From assembly GCF_001194135.2 (NCBI RefSeq), contig NC_069006.1, positions 162,617-226,616 on the forward strand: a stretch of 64,000 bases of DNA, read 5' to 3'. Below the pieces are notes generated by a model, which searched no databases, was not told the DNA's origin, and saw only the letters and a program-made list of their open reading frames with translations. This DNA is from Octopus bimaculoides (lineage: Eukaryota). Each line of letters opens with the position of its first letter. Positions within the stretch are counted from its first letter, which is position 1. Below are positions 25,098-36,059 of this stretch, piece by piece. The position numbers were made by a program, and so were the translations under genes.

Positions 25098-25400
25098 CAG
25101 TGGTTCTCAAAGTGGGCAGTATTGCCCTCCCCCCAGCAGCAAAAGTTCCAAAGGGGCGTTGAAGAAAAGTGGGGTGGTGATGGGGTCACGCTTCATATAA
25201 AAACAACAAAAATAATGGGTTCATTAGGTGAAATTTATATTGTGAAATAGAGTTGCTTTGAAAGGGGTCTATTTTTTTTGTGATGGNNNNNNNNNNTAGA
25301 GTTGCTTTGAAAGGGGTCTATTTCTTTTGTGATGGTTAGTTGAGGTAGGGGCCGTAGGTATGTGGCCTGGGTGTCAAAGGGACGGGTTTGGGAACCACTG
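25098..25400. mobile_element. hAT (Charlie-like) MITE
   Basis: TIRs CAGTGGTTCTCAA and TTGGGAACCACTG; 8 bp TSD GTGTACAT/GTGTACAC. Confidence 0.8.
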
Positions 25401-26151
25401 GTGTACACCATCATTATCATTTAATGTCTGGGTTCCATGCTGGGTTGGATGACTTGACAGGATCCAATGTGTCCAAGAACTGCATCAAGCTCCAATGTCG
25501 GGGGGGGGGGGAATTGGATGCTTCTTTACATGCCACTTGCACAACTGAGGCCACCGTGTAGTTCACAAAACTACGAGCCCTGNNNNNNNNNNNNNNNNNN
25601 NNNNNNNNNNNNNNNNNNNNNNNNNNNNNNNNNNNNNNNNNNNNNNNNNNNNNNNNNNNNNNNNNNNNNNNNNNNNNNNNNNNNNNNNNNNNNNNNNNNN
25701 NNNNNNNNNNNNNNNNNNNNNNNNNNNNNNNNNNNNNNNNNNNNNNNNNNNNNNNNNNNNNNNNNNNNNNNNNNNNNNNNNNNNNNNNNNNNNNNNNNNN
25801 NNNNNNNNNNNNNNNNNNNNNNNNNNNNNNNNNNNNNNNNNNNNNNNNNNNNNNNNNNNNNNNNNNNNNNNNNNNNNNNNNNNNNNNNNNNNNNNNNNNN
25901 NNNNNNNNNNNNNNNNNNNNNNNNNNNNNNNNNNNNNTGTATATATATATATATATGCATGTGTGTGTGTGTGTGTGTGTGTGCATGTATCCCACCACCA
26001 CTTGACAACTAGTGTTGGTGGGCTTACGTCACTGTAACCTAGCAGCCTGGCAAAAAAAGGGCCTGGCTTGCCAGCCCCTGTCGAACCATCCAAGCCATGC
26101 CAGGGTGGAAAATGGCAAGAAGAAGAAGGAGAAGGAGAAGGAGAAGGAGAA

Positions 26152-26183
<32 letters not shown>

Positions 26184-26488
26184 CGACGACGACGACGACG
26201 ACGATGACGATGATGATGATGATGAACGACACTGTTTCTATAACAGTGACACCCATTTACAGCTATCATATGATGTCAAGAAGACAAAGGGACAACACCA
26301 CTTCTATACATAGACATACACACAAGACGTGATGGACTTCTTTCTGTTTGTCTACGAAATTCACTTACAAAACACTGGTTGGCCAAGGCCTATAGCCGAA
26401 GCGCTAGGCCGTGGGACTGCTCTGAAATAATCCCCTGACCTCAGTAAAAAATCCCGTAACCCAAACAAATGAAATGACAAAGGCTCAC

Positions 26489-26615
26489 CTTCCGTTCCAC
26501 GTTATCGACCATGTCTTTGATCTTCTCTTTGATGTCTGCAGTGACAATTTTCAGCTGTTTCACCATAAATTCTAGCTCATTGGTTTTTTCCTCGAGGACC
26601 TTTGTCTGATCATCT
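26489..26615 (-). CDS. MFN2: Mitofusin coding exon 10 (DDQTKVLEEK...DMVDNVERK), HR1
   Basis: CTCCAG acceptor; donor AAG|GTGAGC; phase 2 to 0. Confidence 0.88.
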
Positions 26616-27057
26616 CTGGAGTCAGCAATGTGGACGCACAGACAAGCGAGCAACGGAGCAGCAGGAAGGAGAGAGAAACGAAAACAAGAACAAAAACATG
26701 AGGACGGAGCCTCAAAGAACTTTCCATAAAACATAGAAAGACGTTTTCTTTAATACAAGACAATCAATAAACCAAAACAACTGTTAGAATTCTTACTGCT
26801 TGGGGCGAAAGGCTTGGTGCCATTTTGTCTGTTTTTACATTCTAAGTTCAAATGCTGCTGGGGTTGGCTTTACCTTTTGGAGTTGATAAAATAAGAACCT
26901 GTTGAATATTGGGGGCCAATATAACCAACTTACCCCTCCTTGAAAAATTGCTGACCTTGTGCTAAAATTTGAAACGATCATTGGGGTTTACTCCGTGGGC
27001 TGACCGGCTAGTGGTGATTCTATTTATCATTTTGCTAATTTCTATTATATATCTTCT

Positions 27058-27255
27058 ACATTATTTACTATTGACGGATATTCATCCTCATCTTGTTTGT
27101 CGTTAACACAACGTTTCGGCTGATATACTCTCCAGCCTTCATCACCTGACGAAGGCTGGAGGGGATATATCAACCGAAACGTTGTGTTAACAAACAAGAT
27201 GAGGATGAATATCCGTCAAATGTAAATAATTCCTCATCTCTTAAATATAGAACTG
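27058..27255. mobile_element. Short fold-back insertion of the hammerhead unit with ~12 bp TSD
   Basis: Arms 27060-27144 and 27147-27230, plus the same tail ending AATATAGAACTG. TATATATCTTCT (27046-27057) matches TATATATCCTCT (27256-27267) at 11 of 12 positions. Confidence 0.88.
27143..27188 (+). ncRNA. Minimal hammerhead ribozyme (one stem II mismatch, short stem I)
   Basis: CAC-CTGACGA-A-GGCTG-loop-CAACC-GAAA-CG-TT-GTGTT. Confidence 0.65.
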
Positions 27256-28389
27256 TATATATCCTCTGTTTTATCCTTTAATCTGGCAAGATCTCCCTTT
27301 CATTGATGTAAACCCCACCTGTTTTGGTTTTTGGTTCGTTTTTGTGTACTGTAACTCATCTTTTGATATTGTTTTCCATGTCTTAAGCCCTTGTGGCCAA
27401 TAAAAGAAATTATTACTATTATTATTATTATGAAGGCAGCAGCTAGCAGAACTGTTAATGCACTGGGTGAAGTGCTTAGCGGAATTTCGTCCGTCCTTAT
27501 GGTCTGAGTTCAAATTCCGCCGAGATCGAAAGTGCCTTTCATCCTTTCGGGGTTGATTACATAAGTACCAGTTATGTACAGGGGTCAATGTAATCGACTG
27601 GCCTCCTCCCCCACAACTTCAGGCCTTGTGCCTTTAGTAGAAAAGATTATTATTATTAAGGCTGCGAGCCAGCAAAATTGTCAGCCCACTGGGCAAAATG
27701 CTTACCAGCATTTTGTCTGTCTTCATGTTCTGAGCTCAAATTCCACCAAGGTTGACTTTATCTTTCATGCTTTGGGGATTGATAAAATACCAGTTATGTA
27801 CAGGGGTCAATGTAATCGACTAACTTCTGCCCTACAAAACTTGTGCCTATCATGGAAAGGATTATTATTATTAAGATGGCAAAATGGCAGCATTGTTAGA
27901 GCATCAGAATAAATGACTTGCAATATTTTCCCCCGACTCTTTACATGCTGAGTTCAAATCCTGCCACGGTCCAACTTTGCTTTTCATCCTTTCAAAGTCC
28001 TCTCGTACTCAAGTGACCCTCACCCCGCACTCTGGTAAATTCCCTCATTGATTTGTTGAGAATAAAGTAATAACAGTTGTTGGTTCTAGTAAGGAAGAGA
28101 CACATACATGGCAACACCAGGAATAAATACTTCAGAACTCCAATTGGAGTTCTGGATTAAAATCTTGTCCAGGTTCATCAAAATACCAGTCATATGCTGT
28201 GGCCACTACAAACTCATTTTTTGTAATTACATTGCAAGTAAAAAAAAAAAAAGGTCGTTAGAAAACTGAAACGAATGGCATCCTAATTGACATTATTATC
28301 ACAACCACCATCATCATCACAATAACCATCACCATCTCAATCACAACAGCCATCACCGTTACAACCATTAACATCTCAACCACCGAGGA

Positions 28390-28726
28390 GGAGACCTCCT
28401 TCGGTCATGGCTGACCAGGGGATTGCACTTAGAAAGTTACCCTCCCAGGCAGAAGTCCGGGCAAGGTTGTTTATGGAAGACCAGCAGTTACCCATGCATA
28501 CCAGCCTCCCCTCTCCGCACCACCGATGTTATCTAAGGGAAAAGGCAAAGGGGCCGATGCAGCTTGGCACCAGAGATGTTGCAACTCATTTCTACAGCTG
28601 AGTGAACTGGAGCAACGTGAAACAAAGTGTCTTGCTCAAGAACACAACACGCAGCCCGGTCCGGGAATCGAACTCCCAACCTCAAGATTGTAAGCTTGAT
28701 GCTGTAACCACTGAGCCATGCGCCTT
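28390..28726 (-). mobile_element. tRNA-derived CORE-type SINE, well-preserved copy
   Basis: Head GGCGCATGGCTCAGTGG...GAGTTCGATTCCC followed by TTGAGCAAGACACTTT...CACTCAGCTG (CORE-like). Related copies at about 10820-11080, 19000-19220, 24890-25080, 31800-31990 and 47830-48110. Confidence 0.7.
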
Positions 28727-29972
28727 CACTTCATCTCAACCACCACCACCACCACCACCAACACCACAATAAACATTGCTATTGTCACAATGGTAACAAC
28801 CAACATCACAATCACAACAAATATCATCATCATCATCGCAACAAGCACTGTAATCATAACAAGCAATCATCATCACCATCACTACCCTCAACCTCACAAC
28901 TGTCACCTTTTGTCAGCACCACAACTGCTGTCATCATCACACTCACAACAACCATCATCATCATCAACAATACAAATAGAAATAAAATATTCAACAATAT
29001 ATACAGAAGCAAAACTACATATTGCAATGTTAGGGGGGGGGTCCAGGGATTCATTGATGAAGGATGGATTATGATGCTATTAGGGAGGAAGACTGATGTC
29101 AATACAAGGGGGTAGGGGGTAGGGACACATGCAGCATCACAGAAATATCCGGAAGAAGTTTATTCTGGCATTATTACTACTACTACAACTACTACTACTA
29201 TTACCATTATTATTATTATTATTATATCACCTTAATATTGATTTCAAATTCTGGCACAAAGCCAGCAATTTTGGGGGAGGGGTTATGTTGATTATATTGA
29301 CCCCAGTGTTTGTATCTGATACTTATGTTATTCAATCAACTGTGGAAGGACGAAAGGTAAAGTTGACCTCAGTGGAGTTTGAACTCAGAATGTGAAAACG
29401 GACAAAATGCCACTAAGTCATTTGCCCAGCGTGCTAACGATTCTGCCAGCTCAATGCCTTACAGAATAATAATAATAATAATAATAATAATCCTTCACAA
29501 GGCCTGAAATTTGGGGGAAAAGGGAATAGTCGATTACATTAACCCCCACTGTTTAACTGGTCCTCATTTTATCAACCCTGAAATTATGACAAACAAAGTT
29601 GAGCTTGGTGGAATTTGAACTCAAATGAACGAAATGCAACTAACCATTTCACCTGGTATGCTAACGATTCTGCCAGCTCGTCACCTTAATAATAATAATA
29701 ATAATAATAATGAAACTAAGAAAAAGAAGCCAGTTCCCCTAAATTAACCAAAATAAAAAGACCAACTGATATTTTCTACATATTGTGTAGAATTTACTAC
29801 TTAAGTTAGAATACTTGTGGGGTTGGAGGATGAGCTATGGCCATGTGGTGGCATTAATGGCAAATGAAATGAAAATAAAGGCAAACCTGATGAAGAATGC
29901 TTTCTGGTCCAGCAAAGAGCTTTGATAAATAATGTCTGTGAGTGTGTGTATACGTGTGTGTGTGTGTGCGCA

Positions 29973-30640
29973 ACAGAGCGCTAATGTTTTGAGGGAAAAG
30001 TTGGGCATAAGAGGAATTCGATGCAGTAAGAGAAGAGACTGCACTGGTTAGGTCATGTGATCCATATGGCAGTTGATAGTTGCATCCAGTGGTGCCAATC
30101 AAAGTGGCTGGGACTTGTGGAAGAGGGAGACCCAGGAAGACATGGGATGAAATACTGAAGGACAATATCAAGACATTGAGCCTTACAAAGGAGATGGTTA
30201 AGGACTGAGACATCTGGTGCCCTGCCGTTCTAAAGAAGTCCTGTCCACCATGGAAGAGCAGATACTGGTGCTGGTGCCAGTTAAAAGCACTCTATGGAGT
30301 GGTTGGTGTTAGGAAGGGCATCCAGCTGTAGAAACCATACCAGATCAGACTGGAGCCTGGTGGAGTTTTCCAGCTTTGGTCACACTGTCGAGTCCATGCC
30401 AACATGGACAACAGATGTTAACTGTTGATGATGATGACATATATATGGCCTTCGTGCGGGTGGCACGTAAAAGCACCCACTACACTCTCTGAGTGGTTGG
30501 CGTTAGGAAGGGCATCCAGCTGTAGAAACTCTGCCAAATCAGATTGGAGGCTGGTGTAGCCATCTGGTTTCACCAGTCCTCAGTCAAATCGTCCAACCCA
30601 TGCTAGCATGGAAAGCGGACATTAAACGATGATGATGATA
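29973..30640 (+). mobile_element. RTE-clade LINE 3' end with two tail copies
   Basis: LREKLGIRGI...GHV...CGRGRPRKTWDE followed by the (GAT)n-ended tail. Confidence 0.75.
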
Positions 30641-31160
30641 TATATATATATATATATATATATTCCTTTGTACCTCTGTAATTCAAAGTTCTAGCCATGT
30701 TAAATCCTGTGTTGTACTGATTCTGCTTGAGGATTACAGCAAGTATGCGTGTCTATGGAATACTCAGCTACTTTCAGAGTAAGGTTGCTTGACTGAATGA
30801 CCAAAACTAACATAGAAACCATTACCATCAAATGGAAGCAGCTAGCAGAATCAGTAGAGCATTGAACAAAATACCTTGTTCTATTTGATTTACCTCCCTT
30901 TAAGTTCTATTTATCAAGTTCCGCCGTAATTTGTTGAAACTGACATGAGATGCGTGTGCATGCATGCATGAATGTGTGTCCGTCCCTTCCTTGAAGAAAT
31001 TAGCTGGGGACCAGAACAGCTCCTTCCTACCTTCCATTGGTCAAGCGTTAATCTAGACAAATCTATGCAGAGAAGGGATGAGTGCACAGCACACAACGTG
31101 CATACACTGCACACAACTGAAAGAGAAGAAGAAGAAGAAGTAAGTGCCGACAGTGTAGAC

Positions 31161-31282
31161 CTGCGTTGGAGACTTCTTTGATGCACATCTTCCATTACGG
31201 TGCGCAAGTTACTGCTGATGTGTTTACCACGTTCTGTGTGTAATTCAAACTTTGTCTTCACAGCAGACTTGGAGATACATTC
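31161..31282 (-). CDS. MFN2: Mitofusin coding exon 9 (ECISKSAVKTKFELH...RSLQR)
   Basis: TAG acceptor; weak donor AG|GTCTAC; phase 0 to 2 fits the next exon. Confidence 0.9.
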
Positions 31283-32060
31283 CTAAAAGAGAGAGAGAGA
31301 AAGAGAGAGTTAGTGAATGGGAGAGGCAGAGAGGGTGCTAATGAGTGGCTGAGAAAGAGGAAGAGAGAGAGTGAGTGTCTCTTAACAATAACTTATTTAT
31401 CTATCTTTTGGCAAATATAATTCTCGTCAGCAGTTTTCTGTTCTATGCTGACACTAACTTAGCTACCTGTCTGTCTATCAACAAATAGAATCCTCGTTAG
31501 CCATCTTATATTCTACTGTGTTTTCCCTTTGAATATGATGAATCATAGACTGGGAATCGGAGTGTTCATTTCAGAATTATTATAAGAGTCCTATTTCATG
31601 TACAGTTGCATTTATTTTTTTGCTCTTTTTTTATTTTATTTGTTTTTTTCACTATTAAATATATTTAAGGGTCTATTACTTAATTGCAAAAATAAACACA
31701 TTTTTTAGATTTAGCTCAAAAGAGTTTATAATCGTTTTGTTTTCATAGCAATCATGCCAAAGAGAAATCTCGATGTCGAGACGGACACAGAAGAAATATT
31801 GAACATGAGATCACAATGTTATCCCCTGAACAGGAACACCAACCCATTACAGGGTATACTCATTCAGTCGAGTGGGGCTTGAGTAATGTGAAATGAAGTG
31901 TATTGCTCAAGGAAACAACACAGCCTGGTCAGGGAATTGAACCAGGGTTTTGTGACCACAGGTGCAACAGTTAAACCACTGGGTTAGTATCAATGCTAAG
32001 TAAAAAGACAAAAAAAAAGGGAAATAAAAAAGTAGAAAAGGGGCAATGTATTGACCGTAC

Positions 32061-32128
32061 CTCAAATGTTCGTTCAAAGTTTGCAAATTCAAATAAACGA
32101 ACTTGAAAACCTTCCTGTAAGGCACCAA
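32061..32128 (-). CDS. MFN2: Mitofusin coding exon 8 (VGALQEGFQVRLFEFANFERTFE); not in the ORF track in this frame
   Basis: Translated by hand; TAG acceptor; donor GAG|GTACGG; phase 1 to 0. Confidence 0.94.
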
Positions 32129-32373
32129 CTAAAAACAGAAAAAACGAAAAAAGAAAAAGAAAAAAAGTGAGAGAGAAAAGAGTTTAGATTTTATGATTAC
32201 ATTTTGGATTTATGAGGAAAACAAACATTTGCAAATCAGGGCAGGTATAGCAACTATGTCGTTATGAGTTCAATCCCAATGCAGGACATCTTGGGTAAAT
32301 GTCTTCTACTATAACACAGGGCCAACCAATGCCTTGAGGGAATTTGGTGGATGGAAACTGCGAGGAAGCCTAT

Positions 32374-32411
<38 letters not shown>

Positions 32412-32634
32412 CCCATATCAGCTTCACACATGCAAGTGTGCTAGGTCAGTGTTGTCTCCGTTGCCACCAAGCCCTCCAGCCAAGAAAGGGCATCCAAACA
32501 CAGAAACTCTAACTGAAACAAATCCCAACGCCACCATTGACGGGGGTGGTGTTGGGGAATTACAAAGATGCAATGTTTGTGGCTTGAATATCTTCGATCA
32601 TAGGCTTGTTTAATAAGGGGCTGAGCTGGCGGGG

Positions 32635-32672
32635 TTAGGGTTAGGGTTAGGGTTAGGGTTAGGATTAGGGTT
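32635..32672 (+). repeat. Interstitial telomeric repeat (TTAGGG)6, one unit TTAGGA
   Basis: Directly visible. Confidence 0.9.
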
Positions 32673-33125
32673 CAGCAAGAGTAACAGAAAATATCTGCTG
32701 CAAAGACATTCGTTCAGACCGTTTGGATTTATTTCATGAAAAGACAACAGAACTACTTTCCTACCTGTTGTTCTGGAACCATAGATAATCATCGGTGTCA
32801 TTATGCTTGTGTGGGGGGCTTAATGAGATTTGTTGAATTAGAATGTCTGTGGTTGGATGCCCTTCCTGTCATCAACCCCCACTTGTCTGGCCATGCAGAA
32901 ATGTGTTGCTTGGAGACATGTTTTTCATGGTAAACCGTAAATGAAGGACGTTGCTTGTATGACAGTGACACTCATTTACAACTGTCAAACAACACCTGGT
33001 ATCCAATCGTTAGGGACAGGTAGTTGACATAAAGGTTATCAAAGCCCCCCACCCCTATCCACTAGGCATGCCATAGTTATGGAGAGGTAGGCATGGCTAA
33101 AGGTGACAATCAAAGAAAGACTTAC

Positions 33126-33279
33126 CTGGTGTTGGCGTTCCTTTATCTTCATGTAACCGGGACATTAAGGCTTCTCGTGCCGACACAAAGAACACACGGG
33201 TTTCAGCGTCTTCTGGTCGCACTACATTCAGTTCCTTACCAAGAAATTGGACATTGCGTTCCATGTGTTGTTTTCTGAC
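33126..33279 (-). CDS. MFN2: Mitofusin coding exon 7 (VRKQHMERN...RVFFVSAREAL...TPTP)
   Basis: CAG acceptor; donor G|GTAAGT; phase 0 to 1. Confidence 0.96.
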
Positions 33280-34539
33280 CTGAAACACAAACAGAGAAAA
33301 AAAACTGAAACACAAACGAAAAGAAAAAACATTCAATGATTACAACCCAGACATACACATATATTCTTTTATTCTTTCATTTGTTTCCATCATTTGACTG
33401 TGGCCATGATGGAGCACCGCCTGTAGAATGTGAGATGCTTATAGCACCTAGGTTTCCCAAGCGGTCACTCATCTAAGTACTCACTAGGCTCAACATTGCT
33501 TAACTTTGATGGTCGGACGAGAACTGGTGCATTCAATGTGATATGTCCATAAGCATATATGCATGCCATTTATTTAAAGGCCAACAGCTCACTCACTCAT
33601 ACTTGTATACACACACAATATGTCATTGAATTGTCATCATCATTATCATGTCACCTTTTCTATGCCAGCATGGGTCAGACGGAATATGTTGAGGCAGATT
33701 TTCTACAGCAGGATGCTCTTCCTGTTGTCAACCCTCACAGGTTATTTTTCCATGACCAGACACAGAAGGTTGGATATGAAGAACACCAACTATCACAGAA
33801 TATCAAGACAAGGAAACACACACACACACACAACAGGTATCCACAGTTTCTGCCTTCCAGATCCACTCACAAGGCTTCGGTTAGTCTATAAATTGGTAGA
33901 ATAAGTAGAAGACTTAAAAAGTAAACGCTGGGGTCAATTTGATTGACACTCACACACACACAAACACACATTAACATATACACAGGAAGGAGCTTCTATT
34001 CTGTTTCCATTTACAACTTCTACTCAGATGACATTAATTGACTTGAAGAAACAGTTAAAGGCATTTGGTAAAAATGGCATGTAGTGGAACTGACCCCTGC
34101 GTGGTTGCATAGCCAATTTCCTGCCAACATAACTATGCTTTAGTCTATGTCAGTCTGTTTGTCACTGTATGTATGTATGTATGTATGTATATAAGTATGT
34201 ATTATGTAAATATGCATATGTGTGTGTGTGTGTATGTATGTAAATAGCTGTATATATATGTGTGCATAATAGAAGACATTTGCCCAAGGTGCCTTGTAGG
34301 AATGAACCTGAAACAATGTGGCTGGGAAGCAAACTTCTTAACCACACAGCCACACTCATGCCTGTCTGTGTGTGTATTTGTATTTATTTTCATTAAGTGT
34401 TTGCTTTTACAAAACTCAAGACATTCACAAGATGTTCTTTATTTCTCCTGTTAATAAGTCACCTGTTCACTTTTTGCCTTTTGCAGCTGTGTGGAGTAAG
34501 AGATCTCTTTCAAACGTATTGACCCCTTTATAGCTTTAC

Positions 34540-35888
34540 AGTAGGAAGTAGGAAAGCTGACAAATCCCAATCCCCTTCAGGTAGATGGCCCTGCTCGATC
34601 TGTAGAAAAGGTGTAGGTAGAAACTTCATACGAAGTACTCAGTGTAAGCTATGGACACATAAAAGGTGCAGCAATATCAAAGGAAGGTTAACCGGGAAAA
34701 TAGTTTTTGTGTGTGACATGCACAGGAGCAATAAACATTGAAGATGTACAGAAAACAGATTCCATCACATGCCAGGGGAAGAAACTAGAAGTAATTAATA
34801 GCCTCTACTACCTAAGCGACCAAGTCTGTAGTGGGGATGGTTGCTCTGAGAGTGTAGTGGCCAGAATACGAATAGCCTGGGTAAAGTTCAGGGAGTTCCT
34901 ACCTCTGCTAGCAACTAAGGGTGATAGGTAGACTGTATAATGCATGTGTGTGAACTGCCATGCTACATGGCAGTGAAACATGGGCCATGACTGCTGAGGA
35001 CATGCGTACGCTTGAAAGAAATGAAGCTAGTATGATCAGCTGGATGTGTAATGTCAGTGTGCACACATGACGGAGTGTGAATGCCCTGAGAGAAAAGTTG
35101 GACATAAGAAGCATCAGATGTGATGTGCAAGAGAGACAACGGTGCTGGTATGGCCATGTGTTACATATGGATGAGGACAGCTGTGTGAGGAAGTGCCACT
35201 ACCTAACTGTGGAGGGAACCTGTGGAAGAGGTAGAGCCAGGAAGACATGGGATGAGGTGGTGAAGCACAACCTTCAAACATTGGGCTTCAAAGAGGCAAT
35301 GACAGGAGACCAGGACCTTTGGAAATATGCTGTGATTGAGAAGACCTGACAACTAAAGTGAGATTGCAGCCATGGCTGATGCCAGTGTTGCATGTCCAGC
35401 CCATTTAAGAGTACCCTTGATGCGTTGGACAATATGATATGCTTAAGAAGACCTGTTGAGTCAAGTAAAACCAAAGTCGTAGCTGTGGCCAGTGCCCGCT
35501 GACTGGCTCCCGTGTTGGTGGCACGTAAAAGCACCAGCCGAATGTGGTCGATGCCAGGTCTGCATGACTAGCTCCTGTGCCAGTGGCATGTAAAAACATC
35601 ATCTGAACATGGCTGATGACAGTGCCTCCTGACTGGCTCCCGTGCCAGTGGCAGTAAAAAGCATTATCTGAACGTGCTTGATGCCAGGGCTGCCTGACTG
35701 GCTCCCGTGCTGGTGGCACGTAAAAACCACCCACTACACTCTCTGAGTGGTTGGCATTCGAAACAACATCCAGCTGTAGAAACATTGCCAGATCAGATTG
35801 GAACCTGGTGCAGCCTTCTGGCTTTTCAGACCTCAGTCAAACCGTCCAACCCATGCCAGCATAGAACGGACGTTAAACGATGATGATG
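34540..35888 (+). mobile_element. RTE-clade LINE 3' portion (Cys/His finger, post-RT region, 3' UTR with ~60 bp repeats, (GAT)n tail)
   Basis: ARIRIAWVKFREFLPLL; AMLHGSETW; WYGHVLHM...GRGRARKTWDEVV. Frameshifted. Further fragments at about 45830-46140 (-), 47130-47215 (+) and 47390-47740 (-). Confidence 0.85.
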
Positions 35889-35954
35889 AAAGGTGAAATA
35901 TCCACACAGACGTGCATATATTTCTACACACACACATATATAAAAAACACCTAC

Positions 35955-36059
35955 TGCTTCAATATCTTCTTCAATAGCCGAAACATCCCATCTGTTTTGT
36001 AAGATAAAGATATTTGGTTTAGAGAGTTTAGAGCTGACTTTGTGGAAAAAATTCTTTTC
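35955..36059 (-). CDS. MFN2: Mitofusin coding exon 6 ([35 protein letters not shown]); not in the ORF track
   Basis: Translated by hand; G4 motif NRWD; CAG acceptor; donor GCA|GTAGGT; phase 0 to 0. Confidence 0.95.

Noticed and set aside
25238-25335. ~39 bp direct repeat around a 10-N gap
   Set aside because: The copies differ by one base and flank a gap, typical of an unmerged contig overlap between haplotypes.
26012-26332. Poly-Asp, poly-Met and poly-His ORFs
   Set aside because: They are translations of (GAA/GAG)(GAT)(GAC) microsatellites at a SINE/LINE tail, with no splice or homology support.
35480-35730. CRISPR-like repeat-spacer look of the ~60 bp units (also 11495-11705 and 50720-50840)
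   Set aside because: Eukaryotic LINE/SINE tail tandem repeats; the inter-repeat parts are homologous to each other and there are no cas genes.
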